NCBI RefSeq assembly: GCF_964204645.1 | Contig: NC_134030.1 | Coordinates: 3,266,778 to 3,330,777, forward strand | Direction of reading: 5' to 3' | DNA: 64,000 nucleotides | Source of the DNA: Tubulanus polymorphus | Lineage: Eukaryota; Animalia; Nemertea | Part shown: piece after piece, positions 20,192 to 34,059 of the stretch | Layout of the letters: every line of letters starts with the position of its first letter | Numbering within the stretch: the first letter of the stretch is position 1 | Translations under genes and position numbers: made by a program | The notes under the pieces: model-generated | What the model was told of the DNA's origin: nothing | Database searches by the model: none | Seen by the model: only the letters and a program-made list of their open reading frames with translations

Positions 20192-22009
20192 AAACGTTTT
20201 GAGATGTGACAATTTGTTTCAACTGCTGAAATACAGGATTGTCTGATGTGTTATTTAACAAGCAACATTCTACTACTGTTAGCAGAGACAGAGAGATACC
20301 AAGGACAACATCAGCTATACAAAAATACAAGTAATTTGTACAAATAAAATCATTATTTATGAGACAGAAAGTTAAGAAAAGCACCAAAAAGAAATAGACA
20401 ATAATTTGAGACGGTATTTGACTGCTTCATCATAAATTGGCATATTCTGAAAGATTATATAGAAATAATATGAAATTCCACACTGAACAATGATAAATAG
20501 AGTCTGAAATGTTTGTTTGAGCTAAAACAATATCTATTCAACGTTTAAACTATTTCCTAAAGGACATCTTAAGGAATAATTATCGGTAAGTTACTCAAGG
20601 AAACATTTCGGAAACTTATTCGTCTTTGATGTAGGATTTCATATTATCTTTACAACACGGACAGAGTTCTTTCTTCAACGGTTATTGTATAGAAATCGTA
20701 AACATAAAATGAATTTTCATAAAACTTGCATAAAATCCGCTTATTTGCAAAAAAATGTTTGCAAGAAAAGATGGTTTCTACGTAAAGGTTTTTCATAATG
20801 AATCATACGTTTTTTTACCCTTCAGACCGTTTGGACAAATATGTAATTCAGGGCTAGAACCTTGTTACATTGTAAAACCAGCCTCCAATCAGTGCTTGCT
20901 TAAATCAGAGATCAAAATAAAACAAATCATTTAAGAACTAATACTGAAAATTACAGGCCAAGAAAACTGAACTTGCAGTAGTAACCTGACCATTATTTCC
21001 TGGTGCGGATAGTTTCGCAATTATTTACTGACAAAGAGTGTTAACCTGAGGTGCATGAAGGTTAATAATGATTTTCGTAGACTTCAATTTTCTGAATTGC
21101 ATGAACACGCATTTTTACAAAGACTAAATGAATACAACTTGTGTCGTCATCAATAGTATTTACAATGATTACAGTGATTATACATATGTACAAAGAGAGA
21201 TAGAAGTTTATATTAATATCATATATAAAATATTTTTTAAACAGCGTTGACTAGTTATTAGCACTATCAATAGTAAAAGAATCAGAAATTACAAGGCTTT
21301 CGATGTTTTTGCAAAAAAGCGTAGCACAGCGAATTACCGTATATGTACAATCTGGACCCGGTTTTACACTTCTCTGTTAAGATTGATAATTCAAGAGTTA
21401 AAATGGGTTCATTTCTGATGTGTTAACCCTCCTAGATGCAAATGTTAAATAGAGAACTGTAGAACTGACTCCTGCGCTTTATGGCAAGATATAGTTTTTT
21501 CACAAGTCAGTGTGCTATGTGTACTTTACATAGTGCTTTGTCATACCAATTTCAAGATGGCAACAAGGCAGCCATCTTTAATAATGAGGTCTATTTACAA
21601 TGAAATTCAGCTGTAATGGTGACCTTTACATTAATTACATTACGTAGATATAAGATACACTTTTTAAGAGAATTACATTATCGATGTATACAACATTTAT
21701 TGATGATGGAGGTATTCTTTAAACTGAAGCTTGCTCTTTAAAAACGTATCGTACAAAATATCTACAGGTGGTTTTTTGACAATGCTTTAAATACTGGATT
21801 CAGTAGTATCTGATTGTAGTAAGTTCAAATATTTATTTCCATTATTTGCAGCTTGTTTTTGATTGAATACATTGATTACTCACTCACTCGAACACTGATT
21901 CTGCTGCCGTCATATTATTCACTGTTGTTATGAGTTAAATGCATATTTTACATCGAATTGTAGTAATATTCTATACAAAAACATTTCTAGTGTCGGAATC
22001 AATCAGCAG

Positions 22010-22258
22010 CCTGTAACCTGCAACGCCCTCTGCCTAGTACCTGCAACGCCCTCTGCCTAGTACCTGCAACGCCCTCCACCTGGTACCTGCAACCCCCTCT
22101 GCCTGGTACCTGCAACCCGCTCCACCTGGTACCTGCAACCCCTCCGCCTGGTGCCTGCAACCCCCTCTGCCTGGTACCTGCAACCCCCCTGCCCGGTACC
22201 TGCAACCCCCTCTGCCCGGTACCTGCAACCCTCTCCGCCTGGTACCTGCAACCCCTGC
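22010..22258. repeat. GC-rich ~22-23 nt minisatellite (CCTGGTACCTGCAACCCCCTCTG)n
   Basis: About 11 tandem units just downstream of the PP2C-like stop codon; produces spurious repetitive ORFs. Confidence 0.9.
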
Positions 22259-22359
22259 ACCTCGACCAAACTCATGAACCTATCCCCACATGAGGAGGTG
22301 TTTCAGGAATGAAGATTGGGGTGACAGGTCTCAAGCTGCTGATTGACAAACGTTCACTC

Positions 22360-25300
22360 TCACAGCGATGTTTCAAATGATATTTCTCTCGCTAGCGGAG
22401 CCGGTCCACTCGGATTGATCGGACTCATCGGTTCCGGATAGTCTTCTTCATCCTCCTCTAATTCATAATTTTCGTCCTGGTTGCCGTGGTAATGCCCGAC
22501 CTCGTACGCGACAATCGAAGCGTGATCGAGTTTCCCGGCAGCTTGATGCATTTTATCGGTGATCAACGAATCGCGTCGTTTTCGTTCTTTCGACTTCAGT
22601 TTCTTCCCGTATAAATTCGGATCCTCGAGAACTTTACGCTTGCCGTCGGTTAGTTTTAACACGTGCTGCAAGAGGGCGCCGCAGAACTCTTGCGCCGATA
22701 CGGACGACTCGGTGTCGAGTTCGAACTCGTGAATCACGCGTTCCATTTCGCGAACGGAATATCTATGCCGTTCTTCCGGTTCCATTTCCGGTTTATAGTT
22801 ATTAACGACTCGTCGCGGAGCGGAGACGTTATTCGCGTCGGTCGTCGATATAACCGGTTCGCTGAGTCGCCGCGACAACGCGATCTTAGTAACGACCGGA
22901 TCGAAATTATCGGAGATTCCGTCGGTGGTGAGGAATACGATATCTCCCGGGTCGACCAGCGTCATCGAACACGTCATATTGTGTAACTCGGGGTTTTTAC
23001 CGGCGTCGACCGGACCGAGCGCGCCTCCCGCGTCGCGGATATCGCGCTCCGACGTCAGGTCATGTGACCCGACGGTGATCTCGCGGATGCCGTGGAATTT
23101 ACTGAACACGAAAGCGAGGCTGTCGCCGACGTTGACGACGAGAACGGCGAATTGTTTACGATACGCGAGTGGCAGAACGAGCGCCGCGCAAAGAGTCGTC
23201 AATCCTCCCTCGTGTTCTAATATTACTTCATGAGCGGCAAAAAATGATTCTAATAAATGTTGCATCGCCTCCTGAAATACAATAACACAAACACTGATTA
23301 TAATGAATTCATTTTTCAGGGGTCAATCTGAACTCGCTCAGCGTTTCCCCCTCAATCTGAACTCCCTCAATCTGAACTCCCTCAATCTGAACTCCCTCAG
23401 TTTGAACTCCCTCAATCTGAACTCCTTCAATCTGAACTCCTTCAATCTGAACTCCTTCAATCTGAACTCCCTCAGTCTGAACTCCCTCAATCTGAACTCC
23501 CTCAATCTGAACTCCCTCAATCTGAACTCCTTCAATCTGAACTCCTTCAATCTGAACTCCTTCAACCTGAACTCCCTCAGTCTGAACTCCCTCAATCTGA
23601 ACTCGCTCAGCCTTTCCCCCTCAATCTGAACTCCCTCAATCTGAACTACCTCAATCTGAACTCCCTCAATCTGAACTCCCTCAGTCTGAACTCCCTCAAT
23701 CTGAACTCCTTCAATCTGAACACCTTCAATCTGAACTCCCTCAATCTGTGAACTCCCTAAGTCTGTGTGGTTTCAGGGCTACAGATTTATAACTGTAGAA
23801 GCTATCGGCTTAAAACGACAGTCAGGTCTTATCAAACAGTGTTACCTGAGTGGTTCTAATTGATTTATTGTCTCGAAACAGTTTTTTATACATATTTTCC
23901 ATACAGCCGTAGACGGCACAGCGGGCGGCTAGTTTCGACTTCTCTCCCCAGTTGACACCATCAGCGATCACTAACAACGCGTTATTCATACGAGCACTGA
24001 TTGCGAATGCGTCTGCTATAGGATCACCTTTAAAGCACAAATACAAATACAAATAAATACAGACAAGTTTTATACCCTAAGTCAGTATTTTCAATAAGCG
24101 CCAGGTCCCAGACCCGCCCATTTTTCCCAACCCGCTTTCGTTTCAGGGACTGTGAAATATTATGGGACCCTCCTGTTTTTCATAGGGAGCTGACTTGTTA
24201 ATTTCTTATCAAAAACACTTTAAGTGCTGGAACTGTTTTGAAAATTTAGAAAACTTCCACCCCGGTGCGTTGTATGATGGACATAATGCTATAGTGTGTC
24301 TACACTGCAGTGCAATGTATAACAGATGTACCAATATATCATACTCCACAGTGCGGTGTATAATGCCTGTACTGCTATATTGTATCTACCCCTCAATGCG
24401 GTGTATTATCAGTCACTAGTATTTACAATGTTTGCCAGATGCTGCCATCTTTGAATAGATTTTCACTAATCGATACTGACATGGATTCATCGCACCATAG
24501 AGTATGCACAATTTAAGACTGACGGATTAAACACAGCCCTCGATCACTCACCGTCAGGTGCTGCCACCGTTGACGGTATCGTGAATTAAAAACTCACCTG
24601 ATATTTTCCCGTTAATCGGATGTTGATCGTAAAGAGACATCGCGATTCCGTACGCTTTACGATTCTTCAAATTCCAGTTCTTCGAACCAAGAATATACAT
24701 GGTTTTATCATCCTCGAAATCTACAATCAGAAAACAACGAAATCATTCGATAATTGTCAATATTTGGGGTTTGTTGCCAGTGTACGCTAGAACAGGTGCT
24801 GGGTATCTTGATCAAAACATCCACTCTGATGGACCTTGAGGAGATATGTGGTGGCAGAGTTTATGGGTTTCAATCCCGGTGGCTGCAGAGTTTCTTGGTC
24901 GAAGTTTCCTTGAAGGTATATAATATTCCTTTAATCCGAAAAAGAAACGTCAAACCTCATAATTAATGCGCTGATTGGCGTTCAACAAGGGTGACAAGAC
25001 CTTCAACTTTGATAATTCCCTGAGTGGTAGTGCTCGTAGCGCTCCAGGAATAAAACAATCTTTTCTTTAATCATTTCATTTTTTGAATAGTTCAAATACA
25101 TACCAGGATTTTTAAGTTTTTCTATATGAAGAAGACCGTCATCAGGTCCGGTATAAGTACAGAATACATCTGTTGATAGCGGTCCTATTCTACGTAGAGG
25201 AATATCTTTAGGCGTATCTCCGTACCAAACCTCTTCACCAGCTTTATTCTTACTACTGAACGACAACCTGAAATATTCATCATTAGAAATATTCAATTAT

Positions 25301-28300
25301 CCTCAATTCAAGACGGTTAACTTAAAATTTACAAGCCAAGTTTCACTTTCAATCGCAGAGATGTGACAAGTCAAAGACTGGTTTTTTAGATTGGTTATAG
25401 AACCACATTGTTAAACTACTTATAAAACCACCATGATCTTGAGCTGTAAGTTGTTGGTTTGGTTATAGAACCAAAATGAGCTTGTCTCGCATCTAAGCGT
25501 GGACTGATGCAACTGACACTTTTGATTGATTCTAGACTCTTAAATCGGTCGTTGAGGAAATTGAATAACTTCTGGCGGTACGGCGGAAAACGATATTAAG
25601 GCAGCGAGGGAGAAGATGGTTTACGGTAATTTGAGAAATGAACGCTTTTGAAACAGTTTTTATCAAAGCGTTGATAATTATAGCACGAACTGGTGTACGA
25701 TAAAAAACCAGACATATATACACACGTACAGTACCGAGAAAAATTGTTACAGAATCAAAGACAAACAACTTTGTATTGTTGATGTAGAAATGGTTATAGA
25801 TAATCACATGGGAACATAACTTAGGCTAGTCTAGAAGATGAGGTTTTTTATTTACTCTCTCTTCCTGACACGCGTAGTACTGAACTGAACCAATGTTTAT
25901 ATACCAGTCAGTTATCTAGAATTAGCTAATGTTTATACAGAGAAATATACGAGAAAAACACGCCGAAAAAATACACAGTCCTTACATCGCATGTTAGAAA
26001 ACATATCGTAAAATGGTAAATGACACTGAAATATAGAAATACATAGAAATAAAGCTAGCGTTTTGTTAATAAAATGTGTGTGATTTCTAAATATTTCTAT
26101 ACAGTTGATTTAATTATCATATTCCTCAAACACGACCTCAACCACAATACCCGATAATCAGTTAGTTATTCTTTCGGTGATTGCAAGAAATTAATAATCA
26201 TTTGATTCGATTAATCATGAATAACAGACCAGACTACGCGATCTCTTCATTAAGTATCTCTTCATTGTTCTAGTTTTTACAAAGAAATTAGAGTAATTTG
26301 ACATCAAAAATAGTAGTTTGATTGATTATTCCAGAAATTATTCTGATTTTGGGAGTACTTTGATATTTTGGGAGAAGTTGATGTCTTAAAAAGAGCAGAA
26401 ACTAGTCCCAATTTGTAGTTTTAGTCAGGTCTGTATAAACAACTTAATAACGGGACCCAGTTCCACAGTTAAGATTAGCGAAGATCTGTAAAACTGTGTC
26501 CTCTGGTATAGTGTTGAATTTAAGGCAGGTTTCCATTAGACATATTTTTTGATTTAAGAATAGTATCAATTCTAGATTACAAACTCTACCGGCTGTTTCT
26601 ATCCGGTTTACAGATTATGCTATTCCGGAATAGGTATAGAGTTCGGCAAAGTCCAATCAAAACCTGCCTAAAAAGACAAGAGTTTATAGGTGATATTCCT
26701 AAGCCACTGTCACTCTACGTACAGATGGTTAAACATCGACTCTTCATATTCAGCTCCCATCAATTGAAACGGTTTTATAGTTTTTAACGGAGGTTTGGGA
26801 ATTATGCGACAATGGGCAATTTGCACAGACAATTACTGGTAATTACGCTAAGAGCTTGAGGGTAGGAATGCAGCACGGCGTGTCTGCACGTCCATCATCC
26901 CTCGAGCACAGACCATTCAAACTGTTACCCCACTGAATTATAACAATCATTTTTGCGAGACTCGCGCTCATTATCGGTGAGACAACAATGACAGCAGTTT
27001 CAATGAACCACAGCTCTCTCACAAACACAAGTTCAACACAAAAACGCTTCCTTAGAAATCGATGGAATTGAATTCAATGTTTAATTATGTTTCATCCAGA
27101 CCTGAAAGTGGCTAGTTTTATACGCCTAGTCTATGTGAGAAGTGCACAGCCTTTGTTCGCTGGTCTCTTGGCTGGGAGTATGAATCTGATTCATGATGGG
27201 GGATATACAGTTTCCTCACGGGTCTCTTACCCAATTTCGAGAAAAATTTCATCTCATACATTGATTCAATTTCTTCATTAATTCAGTTCATTTAAGATTG
27301 CAAAACTGCCCCTTCATAGTAGCACTCAGTGGCACTCAGTGATACTCAGTGATACTCAGCGATAAGTGGCAGGGAAACAAGGAATTAAGTAAAATAGAAT
27401 CACATAAACTTCATCCATGTTAGATTTTAGATAATCAGGTTAATGTGTATGAAGGTGCACAGGGGGCGCTACCTTATCGGGAATTCGATGTAAATGTCAT
27501 CATCTTCCTCATTGAACAGGGCTAACGGTACTTGAGATATGATTAAAGGCTTTACCTTAAACCGACCACGATAGACGACGCCCGAGGGGCTACTGAAAAC
27601 AAGATGTATAGACAAATTCATTGAAACCATGTGAGAGACAAGAGATAGGCAGAGATAGACAGAGATAGACAGGTAGAGATAGGCAGAGATAGACAGGCGG
27701 AGATAGACAGAGATAGACAGGCAGAGATAGACAGAGATAGACAGGCAGAGATAGACAGAGATAGACAGGCAGAGATAGACAGGCAGAGATAGACAGGCGG
27801 AGATAGACAGAGATAGAGATAGGTTAAAACAATCTAAATTTCTCAATACTAGATACAGAGTACAGACATTCATCTAGTAACTGTTCTACCCATTGAGCTG
27901 ATAATCTGATATAAACAGTTTATAGCGAAGTTTCGACAATGTTTTACAAATAAAACAGTGAAGATGTTGCGTGGAGGTTTTCTCGAAGCCGTACGATTGA
28001 ATCTCTACAGAATTACATCGTTATCTATAAACAATAACAACATTGATTAATACTTAGTGATAATCGATGATGCATTCATTATACTAACTATCATCTCTCT
28101 GGACTGTTTCCGATTAACATCAAAACCAAAAACAGTCTTAGCTGTGTATAAAGGGTATGTATAGATGGAGCTGTACAGGGGGGGGGGAGGGGAGTGACGG
28201 AGTAAATGTGATTTGTTTGCAGTTTTACGTTCTTTTGAATCTATTTGATTTATCATTTTCTAGAGAATGTTAGGAGATACAACGAAGGTAGATACTAATT

Positions 28301-31300
28301 TTACAAAACTAATGCGCAATACACGTTATATTAATAACATTCTTTGTGATAATGTTAAATTTCTTCTTTTTAATTCCTATTGTAAACTGTTTGTCAATGT
28401 GTAATCGAGAAATGTGACAGCTCTTCACAAACCTTAACCAACCCCTCCTGACAGTAATACTGTCATCCTTTATATACCATGATGTTTATACGTCCATGGT
28501 GGTAGCCCATAGTACCACCATGTACGTAGGTAACACTAAGTGTTGTTAGAGTGTAGTAAATCTTATCTTATCATATCTAGGAGGGGGTGTATATGGCATG
28601 TATATAAGGGGGGTTTACAGGGGGGTAGAGGGAGGAAGCTGCTGGTGATGAATCGTGAATCACAGTAAACGTGGTTTCAGGCTCAATTAATATGATTAAT
28701 ACGAATGAACGAATGATGACGAGTGAATGTGATCCCAGTCATTACTCTACGAATTATACATTCATACAATTCTATATACAGTAATCATCAATGCAAAATC
28801 TCTCTCGCGCAGATGCTTAAAAAATTCCTGTATTTTAAAGTTTTTGCTCGTGAAATGATCGATAAATGTAAACTAACATGTGTGTTAACGTTTATATTCA
28901 TACAGATCAAACTATTTCATCTTTCAAAAGTGAAACGCAATCAAACAGTCAGTTACGTAATGATCGGATCAGTCGTTGTCACATCAATTCCAGTCATCAA
29001 CGTTGAATTCTAATTTACGCAATTCAATTAACTAAGTGCAAGTCGTTATTTGGATAAGTCGTTAACGTAATGATCGACACAACTACCGACGACTTTAAGC
29101 TAGTTTAACTCGGGCCCCGGGGGTCGTTCGAGTTTCATTAATCACTCGCTGAACCATGAAATACCAGTCAAATCTAAAAAAATGTCCGATGCAAACTCTG
29201 AATTTAGATAAGAGTCTTCATAAAAGAAGTTTTGTCGCCTATTCACCGTTTAATAGATTAGTCTGAGCAGTGAAGTGAGTAAGAGAGTAAGACTCGATTG
29301 CTAAATAAACAATGTTCTATTAATTGATAGGATGCTTATAAGAAGTCATTAAGACTTTAACCGATGATAAGAGAGATCAACGATCAAACTTACTTTCTCC
29401 TAATAATCGGTCTGATGTATTGTATATCCATTGTTCAGACAGACTCAGGTCGCGGGTCGTCCTGCCTCGTCCTGCGACTAGCTCCCGTTGACAGATCACT
29501 ATGCAGTGAGTATACATGTAATAACACATCACGTATTACGTACATGATGTAGGACAAATCTATTGTATTCAAACACATATTTAGTGTCAGTCAAACAATT
29601 CCCACAGCTAAACGTCTGCTTGGAGCCGCGGACCGGAGCGAGAGACAGTGGGAGAGATAAGAGACACAGGGTTGTTGGGGCAGCTTAGAGCCCAAGGACT
29701 ACTGGAGTAGACCAGAGCTGCAGGACTGCTGGAGTAGACTGGTACAGTAGGATTGTTGGAGCAGCCCAGAGCTGCAGATTGCTAGAGTAGACCAAAGCTG
29801 CAGATTGCTGGAGTAGACCTACAGATTGTTGGAGCAGCCCAGAGCTGCAGATTGCTGGAGCAGCCCAGAGCTGCAGATTGCTAGAGTAGACCAGAGCTGC
29901 AGATTGTTGGAGTAGCCCACAGCTGCAGATTGTTGGAGCAGCCCACAGCTACAGATTGTTGGAGCAGCCCACAGCTACAGATTGTTGGAGCAGCACAGAG
30001 CTACAGATTGTTGGAGCAGCCCAGAGCTACAGGATTGATCAAACAGCCCAGTAGAGAATCTGATCTAGCTGTGTAACAAAATTATAAATTCAATGGAAAT
30101 CAGACACATAAATGACAGCGTGTGTGAACACATACACTGAGCTTCATGTACCCATCTTCGCAGCAACACTTGACTCTCCTCTGATGAGAGAACCAGAGAG
30201 ACCAGAGAGACGTGAATGACGTGAATGGAGGAACTCATTGACACATCTCGTGCAGTGAATAGATGTGAAAATGGTCTAAATGTTTATAACCGACTGTTAT
30301 GAACATATGTGACCACCACCATCTCTCAGACCGTTTACAAAATAACATCTAATCCTATTATTCTATCAGACTTTAATTTATTTCTATTCAAATCCACTGA
30401 AAGACTCTTTTTGTGCGGATCTGTAGTTTTACGAGCATTTGATAGGTTTTTCAGACTAAGAGCTAGAGTTATCCAACAGCAAACAAATCAGACTGCAAAC
30501 TAGATACACCAGGACCCAGTTCCACAGTTGTGAGTTAGAGTTAACTCTGAGTTAAAGTTAGTTAATTTTCAATGTTTTAACTCGGAGTCAAATCTTAACT
30601 CACGACTGTGGAACTGGACCCAGACTGCAGATAAGTAATCAGGACCCAGTTCCACAGTTGTGAGTTAGAGTTAACTCTGAGTTAAAGTTAGTTCATTTTC
30701 AATGTTTTAACTCGCAGTCAAATCTTAACTCACGACTGTGGAACTGGACCCAGACTGCAGATTAGTAATCAGGACCCAGTTCCACAGTTGTGAGTTAGAG
30801 TTAACTCTGAGTTAAAGTTAGTTCATTTTCAATGTTTTAACTCGCAGTCAAATCTTAACTCACGACTGTGGAACTGGACCCAGACTGCAGATTAGTAATC
30901 AGGACCCAGTTCCACAGTTGTGAGTTAGAGTTAACTCTGAGTTAAAGTTAGTTAATTTTCAATGTTTTAACTCGGAGTCAAATCTTAACTCACAACTGTG
31001 GAACTGGACCCAGACTGCAGATTAGTAATCAGGACCCAGTTCCACAGTTGTCAGTAAAGATTTGACTCAAAGTTAAGTCATTGAAAATGAACTAATTTTA
31101 ACTCATAACTAACGACTGTGGCACTAGGTCCGTACTACTGACTGAGAGTATTTTGACTGCGGACTATAAGAAATATCAGACCGCTCTAGAAACAAGACTC
31201 TCAACTTGAAACTCAGACAAATCTAGAAACGCTTAGCAAACAAGTGAACATTCAGTGAATCGCGTTGAAGTGAATCTCTTCTGAATCGCGTTGAAGTGAT

Positions 31301-34006
31301 TCTCTTCTGTCAGTTTTTTTTTCAAATTGAGATCGAATATGAAGAGATTTCCGATATAAGTTGTTAAAACCCCATTATCGCAGAAATCTAGAATAAAACG
31401 CTTATTTTGTAACGACGAGAGGATGAGAGAAGGGGAAAAGAGAGAGTAAGGAGAGAGGAGGAAATGAGCTGGAGGAAAGGAGGAGCAAATGAGAGGGAAA
31501 GAGGCTTTGATGTAAGAATGTAAAAAACATAATAGGAGTGAAAATTGTTCGCTACATAGTCATAGGTAGGAACGGGTAATAAGGGAAGGGAAGTTGAGAA
31601 AGGAAGTGGGGAAAGAAGGGAAGTTGAATGGAAGGGAATTGAGAGGGAGTTGAGAGGAAGAGAAGTGGGAGAGGAAGGGGAGTTGAGAAGGGGAGTGAGG
31701 AAGAAGGGGAGTTGAAAGGAAGGGGAAAGAAGGGGAGTTCAAAGGGAGTGGGGAAAGAAGGGAAGTTGAAAGGAAGGGAATTGAGAGGGAGTTGAGAGGA
31801 AGAGAAGTGGGAGAGGAAGGGGAGTTGAGAAGGGGAGTGAGAAAGAAGGGAGTTGAAAGGAAGGGGGAAAGAAAGGGAGTTGAGAGGGAGTGGGGAAGAA
31901 GGGGAGTGGGGAATATTGTAGAATGAAGGCCTCAATTAGTATTCGACATGAGCGCATAAAACATTTGGAAGTCGACTAATGGTATTGATCTTGCTGATCT
32001 GATGGATGATGTCTCGCTAACGGTATTCAGCATCAATGGTTGCATCGTCGAGAAAAACAACAATGACGACGACCGATGATGACGATTGCTGCTGCTGCTG
32101 CTGCTGGATTCTCAGTAACCGGTGACAGATGATTCAAGGTCGGAACAGAATTCCATGAATTCTGTAAAGCACAGAATCATCGACAAATCATGTCAGCAAT
32201 AAAAACAGTATTTCATTAATCAGGCTGTTAAACGCCTCAATTACATAGTCAACACTGACATAGTGAAATCACATAGTCAAATCACATAGTCAAATCACAT
32301 AGTCAAATCACATAGTCAAATCTCATAGTCAAATCACATAGTCAAATCTCATAGTCAACTGACATAGTCAAATCACAAAGTCAAATCTCATAGTCAAATC
32401 ACATAGTCAAATCTCATAGTCAACTGACATAGTCAAATCACATAGTCAACTGACATAGTCAAATCACATAGTCAAATCACATAGTCAACTGACATAGTGA
32501 AATCACATAGTCAAATCACATAGTCAAATCACATAGTCAACTGACATAGTCAACTGACATAGTCAAATCACATAGTCAAATCACATAGTCAAATCACATA
32601 GTCAACTGACATAGTCAACTGACATAGTCAAATCACATAGTCAAATCACATAGTCAACTGACATAGTCAACTGACATAGTCAAATCACATAGTCAACTGA
32701 TATAGTCAAATCACATAGTCAAATCATATAGTCAACTGACATAGTGAAATTCAAGTTGAAATCTGTTTCACAAAAACACTGGATTTAATGGTTAGTGGTT
32801 TGAGGTGAAGAATAGTCAGCAGGTGATTGAAAGATTTTGCTGGTGATGTGTAAAGCAATGAGGAAATACAGTATAGACTCCTGCTTACCCAGCACCTCTC
32901 AAATCAGTGAATTTTACCAAACTTTACTTGATAAAACTTTCAAACTCCCCAATTCATTATGCGGTCAACTCAGTGAAATAATCACAGCAGTCTCAAAGCT
33001 ACCGAGTTCCCTGATTCTCAACTCGGTGAAACATTTACAGCAGTCTCAAAGCTACCGAGTTCCCTGGTTCTCAACTCGGTGAAATATTTACAGCAGTCTC
33101 AAAGCTACCGAGCTACCGAATATTTACATCAGTCCCAATGCTACCAAGCAAGGCAGAGTTAACTGTATGGCAGATTATTAAGTTGTTAGAAGGTAGAGAT
33201 TCAAGGGGGTGTATTAATACTTGGGGGGGGGGTGTATCAATATGAGGGAGGTGTGTATTGGAGTGTATGGGGGAGGGGGAGATGTGTATCAGCGTGTATA
33301 GGGGGGGAGGTGTGTTGAAGGTATATAGAGTATAGTATACCTTGCAGGCATTGATTGAGTTCTTTTCGCTCGTCGTCTGTTTTTCATCCTTTGAATTGTT
33401 TGCGATCGTGCGCTCATACACGAAGTCATTTGATCCCAAATCGGAGTCCGTGTGCCACCGCCGCCGTGTGCCAGCTGATCTAACGTGCGCGACCGCGCGC
33501 CGCTGCTGGCACACGACGTCATTTCGTCCCAAACTCGCGACCTCGAACTGGTGCACGAGGTCATCGAATCCCACGTCCGAGACACCGAACGCGAGAACGA
33601 TTCAGATAACCTTGACCTCGATAACGGCATCTTCCACGCGAGTTCAAAGATCAAATATGAAGTTGAAGGTCAATCGGCGTAAAGATGAACGCGTGGCGCT
33701 GGTCAGTCGATGAGAGATGAGTTTTTTGAGTTATATGTGAGTTTATCATAATGAGTTCATGCAACACGCAGCACACCAAAAGCACAAACTAAAGATAACA
33801 TACAATAAATAGATTAACAAATCATTGATTTTTCAAAGTTGTTTGATTGATTCTGTTGTTCGATTGATTTTTCCTCAATCAATGTTTATCTGATTGAGAT
33901 CTGGTTGTTTATAGCCTAATGTTACAGGTGTTGTTGTTTTCAATTCAATTCATTCTAACCAGCTCCAGTTCACACCGCATCCAAACTATCTGTTCAACAA
34001 CCAGTA

Positions 34007-34059
<53 letters not shown>

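Noticed and set aside
21999-23629. Repetitive ORFs (QVPGRG, LNSLN, REFRL) and plus-strand ORFs over the PP2C exon
   Set aside because: Products of minisatellites or antisense frames; no splice or domain support.
30510-31132. CRISPR-like regular repeat array
   Set aside because: Linkers are near-identical rather than unique spacers, units are ~113-nt MITEs, the context is eukaryotic and there are no cas genes.
31960-32161. Possible extra PP2C-like exon (minus-strand acceptor at ~32162, CAG-rich)
   Set aside because: All three frames reach a stop before a convincing donor; flanking exons already join in phase without it.
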